DNA of 64,000 nucleotides from Promethearchaeota archaeon (GTDB taxonomy: Archaea > Asgardarchaeota > Lokiarchaeia > Sigyniarchaeales > SOKP01): positions 15,750 through 79,749 of the forward strand of contig JAEOTS010000045.1 of assembly GCA_016839745.1 (NCBI GenBank), read 5' to 3'. The notes below the pieces were generated by a model. That model saw only the letters and a program-made list of their open reading frames with translations. It searched no databases and was not told the DNA's origin. Made by a program: the position numbers and the translations under genes. Of the stretch, positions 60,571-64,000 are shown one piece after another. The first letter of the stretch is position 1. Each line of letters opens with the position of its first letter.

Positions 60571-60840
60571 AAATCGTAAATTATTTTAGTAAAATGCAAT
60601 TTAGGAAAAAAATTGTTAAAATTTGGATAGTCTATTAAGGGATCTTGAATTGATGTAAAATTTTTGGGATTAAGTATGTTCTACTAGTACGATTTCACTT
60701 TACAATTTTTACCCATTTAAATATATCTTAAGAATTGGGAATGTTTTCCCACTGTAAAATCGAGATTTTTACGATTTATTAATTAATGCGTTAATATTTC
60801 ATGAAAAAAAAAATGAATATGTTTTTTTTTAAATTAAAAC
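60571..60840. promoter_or_regulatory. Cluster of iterated/inverted AAAT(C/T)GT(T)AAA motifs and palindromes next to an A/T tract
   Basis: AAATCGTAAA 60571, AAATTGTTAAA 60610, reverse copies TTTACAATTT 60699 and TTTACGATTT 60768; palindromes TGGGAA-N4-TTCCCA 60736-60751 and GTAAAATC-GA-GATTTTTAC 60754-60772. Confidence 0.35.
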
Positions 60841-60996
60841 ATCATACTAGTTGAAACTAAAACCATATTAATACAATTAGTATTTACTAAAAAGCCAAGT
60901 TTGGTATGTTCAATATCGGATAAAATTATGGAATTACGGTAAACCGTTTAAGTGAAGATGCTTAAATAAAACTCAAGAGTTTGTTATTGTGAATAA

Positions 60997-61236
60997 ACCT
61001 GATTTGAGAAAATTAGAGTAAGATAGGGATAAGAAATATTTAATCAAGACTCCTGCGCCACCCTGGATTTTTGTCTTTTGGAAGCGCGAAATCTTCGCGT
61101 ATTTTGCCATTCTTACCCTATTTTAATTCAGACCTTATTATTAGGTCTTGGCGACAGGAGTCAACCTTTCTAATTCAGAGTGGTTTTTTATTACTAAACT
61201 TAAACCGAACAAAATCTTTCTCATTGATAATCAGGT
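60997..61236. ncRNA. Candidate structured non-coding RNA (nested stems plus pseudoknot), family unknown
   Basis: Eight complementary segment pairs, centred on GC-rich GACTCCTGCGCCA (61048-61060) / TGGCGACAGGAGTC (61149-61162), in an AT-rich intergenic region; strand unresolved. Confidence 0.55.
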
Positions 61237-61412
61237 GTTTTCTTATCAATCTGCTCATCTAATACTCCAATTTATATATTTCAGCTAATATAAACCCTAT
61301 TACAAAAAACATGTATTCCATCAACAACCTACAGTAATGTAATCCACTATATTAGAGCTTAGCTTTAAAATAAAAAGATATATATAGCCAAATATGGTAT
61401 TTTTATTTAACC

Positions 61413-61877
61413 ATGTCTCAATCGTATAAAGATTTTTTAGAAAAATACAAAATCGACGATTTTAAAACGAATTTAAAGCTTTCTGGACACACAAAAATTG
61501 ATTTCTACAACGATATTGATAAACTATTAAAAAGTATGAGTACAATTTTCGACAAACTCGCAACAATTGGAACTATGAGAGGTGCTCAAGTATTAATGGC
61601 AGTTGCAAAGCTAACAGGACCAGATGAAGTAGTAAATAAAACGGATGTGAAAAATTGTTTGAATATCGACAGATTAGAGAAATTAAGATCTGCTTTTGAG
61701 TATTTAGAAAAAGCTAAATACATTACGATTGAGGAAAAAACCGAGAAATTTCATATTGTAAAGTTAAACGAAGAGGATAATCCAGACTTAAGAGTATTAA
61801 GGGAGATCGTTCAGAAATATTGGAAATCCCCTCGAGAAGAAGTAGAACAAGCTCAGAAATGGAGTGAAGAAAGATGA
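61413..61877 (+). CDS. Winged-helix-like hypothetical protein
   Basis: AQVLMAVAK...VNKTDVKNCLNI...LRSAFEYLEKAKYITI...FHIVKL wHTH pattern. Confidence 0.7.
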   Translation: MSQSYKDFLEKYKIDDFKTNLKLSGHTKIDFYNDIDKLLKSMSTIFDKLATIGTMRGAQVLMAVAKLTGPDEVVNKTDVKNCLNIDRLEKLRSAFEYLEKAKYITIEEKTEKFHIVKLNEEDNPDLRVLREIVQKYWKSPREEVEQAQKWSEER

Positions 61878-62869
61878 GAAATTCTTTAAAAGTTGAGCTG
61901 AATTTCGAAGATGAACAAGGTCTTAGAGATTCAGTTAAGACAATTAGATCAGAATATATTAAAAAAGCGCTTAAATCAATTGTATATATTACTATCGTTT
62001 TGTCTGTAGCACTTAGTTATTTGCTCTACGGTTATTTGCCCTACATCGAGAAGAATTTTTTTACCAACTTATTACCTTCTGAGAGCTTTAATCAAGAGGG
62101 AAATAGTCACCCCTTAAATCTAACTCTAAGTTGGACGTTTTTTAGTACGTGTATTTTCTTAATAGTATATTTTATTCGATTAAGTCAAGTAAAATTTACG
62201 CCTTCTTTAATTAGATATATCGAAAAAGAGACAAAATACGCGGGATTTGAATTTATAAAGAAAATTGAGAGCGTTGGATTATTTATGGTTCTCACAGCTG
62301 TCTCTATAGCAATTCTATTTTATATTGACACTAGACTTATCCAATTTAACGAGACTTTCTTGAGTGTTTTCTTTCAAAATTCTTTTTTCGTCTATTTACT
62401 AATAAGTTTATTACTCCCGATCGTTTTCATCTTTAGAAACGATAAATTTACTATCAAAGTAAAGGACAATGTTTTCGTTCTTTGTAATCTGCATTATGCT
62501 GTTCGGAAAAAGAAGGATTACGATTCTAATTTATTAGGAATAATTCTAACATCAAATCGTTTATGTACTAAGTTTGATAAATCTGGAAAATATATCTATT
62601 CCAAAATTTCAGAAAATAGATGGTTAATTAGAAACGAGCCTTCCGTAATATCACCATTTCTTCATTTTGAGGAGTATTCAGTACCCATTAACTTCCAAAA
62701 GCAATTTTTAAACATTGTTTTGGCTCTTAACGATTGGGAAAGTAATTACATTTCAAACATTAATTCAATGAATCATTATTTCTCAAACACATTTCCATAT
62801 TACAAATATGGGAATAATAAGGATGATAATAGAAGGGGACTTATCTATTTGAGATTTTTAAATCACTAA
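61874..62869 (+). CDS. Hypothetical membrane protein (4 TM plus soluble C-terminus)
   Basis: ATGA overlap with the upstream gene; four hydrophobic segments. Confidence 0.75.
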   Translation: MRNSLKVELNFEDEQGLRDSVKTIRSEYIKKALKSIVYITIVLSVALSYLLYGYLPYIEKNFFTNLLPSESFNQEGNSHPLNLTLSWTFFSTCIFLIVYFIRLSQVKFTPSLIRYIEKETKYAGFEFIKKIESVGLFMVLTAVSIAILFYIDTRLIQFNETFLSVFFQNSFFVYLLISLLLPIVFIFRNDKFTIKVKDNVFVLCNLHYAVRKKKDYDSNLLGIILTSNRLCTKFDKSGKYIYSKISENRWLIRNEPSVISPFLHFEEYSVPINFQKQFLNIVLALNDWESNYISNINSMNHYFSNTFPYYKYGNNKDDNRRGLIYLRFLNH

Positions 62870-63050
62870 CACTATTTTTTTCCAAGGTAATCATCCTATT
62901 AAAATATCGTTAGCCTAAAAGAGGGAGGAAATTAAATAATCAAATATGGATACTTTTATAAGGTAAAATTTGATCTTTACTCATTGTGATTCATTTTTGA
63001 ATCCAATTAAGTATAGATTCTATTGTTATCCACATTAGAGAGTCTTTTCA

Positions 63051-63926
63051 ATGAAGAAAAGTAAGATTCTTAACATATTGTTAATTTTCCTTTTATTGGT
63101 TATTAACTTAGACGCTAAATCACTTGAAAGTTCTGCAAATCCACTTCCAGGTCCAGAAATACTTGATATGGGGGGGATTGTTCATGATAGTAATAACTCT
63201 TTAAACTTAGTCAACGCAGATGTAGTTCTTACTATAGATTCTACAGATTTCCAAAATAATATCTCAATGCTATTTAACGGTAATTACACCATCCATAATC
63301 CCACAAACACTACAGAAAATGTAACTATATATGCTCCTTTTTCATTTCAGGGAGATAACATAGAATCGGGGTGGCAAGTAGCAGTAAACGGCACTCCTAC
63401 CGATTTTAGCTCTGTATGGGCTGATTCACTTAATTCTAATCTATCATCTTATTTCGAGAATTATACCGCATATATAGCGTTTTACATAGTAATTAACATT
63501 ACTATTTTAAAAGAAACTTCTCAGGTTATTTCGTATAGATTATATAAAACTATGGAAAATCCATTATATTACACGGATTATTACTCAATTCGCTATATAG
63601 TAGCTACTGCTAGAGCGTGGAAGAACTATATCACAGAGAAAGTCGAATTTAAAGTTCAAGGAAAACTCCCAACTTCTTATACCGAATATACTGAAAAATC
63701 ATGTAGTATTTCGACTATTCCTAATGGGAAATCTTATAGCTGGAATTGGGATAATGAAAGTATTAATGACGATATTGTTGGGATAAATTATCGTGGACAA
63801 TTACTTAAACCCGAAGAAATACTTTTCTATATAATATTACTGGGAAGTATTGGTATAGGAGGAGTGACTTTAATCGTATTTCTGATTGTAAGAAAAAAGA
63901 AAAAAAAGAAAAGTCGTAACTTATGA
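63051..63926 (+). CDS. Exported protein with C-terminal membrane anchor
   Basis: Signal peptide, beta-rich body with many N-x-S/T sequons, TM helix followed by RKKKKKK. Confidence 0.8.
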   Translation: MKKSKILNILLIFLLLVINLDAKSLESSANPLPGPEILDMGGIVHDSNNSLNLVNADVVLTIDSTDFQNNISMLFNGNYTIHNPTNTTENVTIYAPFSFQGDNIESGWQVAVNGTPTDFSSVWADSLNSNLSSYFENYTAYIAFYIVINITILKETSQVISYRLYKTMENPLYYTDYYSIRYIVATARAWKNYITEKVEFKVQGKLPTSYTEYTEKSCSISTIPNGKSYSWNWDNESINDDIVGINYRGQLLKPEEILFYIILLGSIGIGGVTLIVFLIVRKKKKKKSRNL

Positions 63927-64000
63927 ATCCCTCTTATTCCGTACGGAATAATTCATCCCAAAAGACGGCAGAAATTTAAGTAAGGTTAAGAACAAAAAAA

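Noticed and set aside
60997-61236. tRNA, 5S rRNA, SRP RNA, RNase P RNA, SECIS or hammerhead identity for the structured element
   Set aside because: No cloverleaf or T-loop, no SRP helix-8 motif, no RNase P GAGGAAAGUCC-like core, no CUGANGA/GAAA core, and no selenoprotein gene evident nearby.
61071-61262. 63-aa + strand ORF in the track
   Set aside because: No recognisable motif or RBS; it overlaps the paired stems, which are better explained as RNA/DNA structure.

Overview
AT-rich, gene-dense chromosomal segment of an archaeon, most likely Asgard (Lokiarchaeia-like). This is inferred from TFB paralogs, an actin-family gene, two Ras-superfamily small-GTPase domains, longin-like domains, HEAT-repeat proteins, an orphan PAS kinase and surface proteins with C-terminal 'I(P/S)(F)GY-TM-KKK' anchors. 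About 50 CDSs cover housekeeping (type IA topoisomerase, purD, nfo, TrmJ-like, archaetidylinositol-phosphate synthase), heterotrophic metabolism (AOR, GlcD/GlcF-like pair, acyl-CoA ligase, amidase, M32 peptidase, corrinoid methyl-transfer pair) and transport. I found no rRNA, tRNA, CRISPR array, integrase or transposase. Main leads: (1) a coiled-coil/Pro-rich/WH2-like protein co-oriented just upstream of a divergent actin; (2) a P2-like P-type ATPase with a flippase-like TM4 motif (PINL) that has lost most Ca2+ ligands; (3) a ~240-nt nested, pseudoknotted candidate ncRNA in a 1.2-kb intergenic region that also carries iterated motifs and is flanked by two winged-helix genes; (4) a longin/degenerate-GTPase fusion; (5) a TMEM62-like phosphoesterase; (6) several genes that appear to start at ATT. 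All family calls come from motif recognition by eye; no database searches were run.
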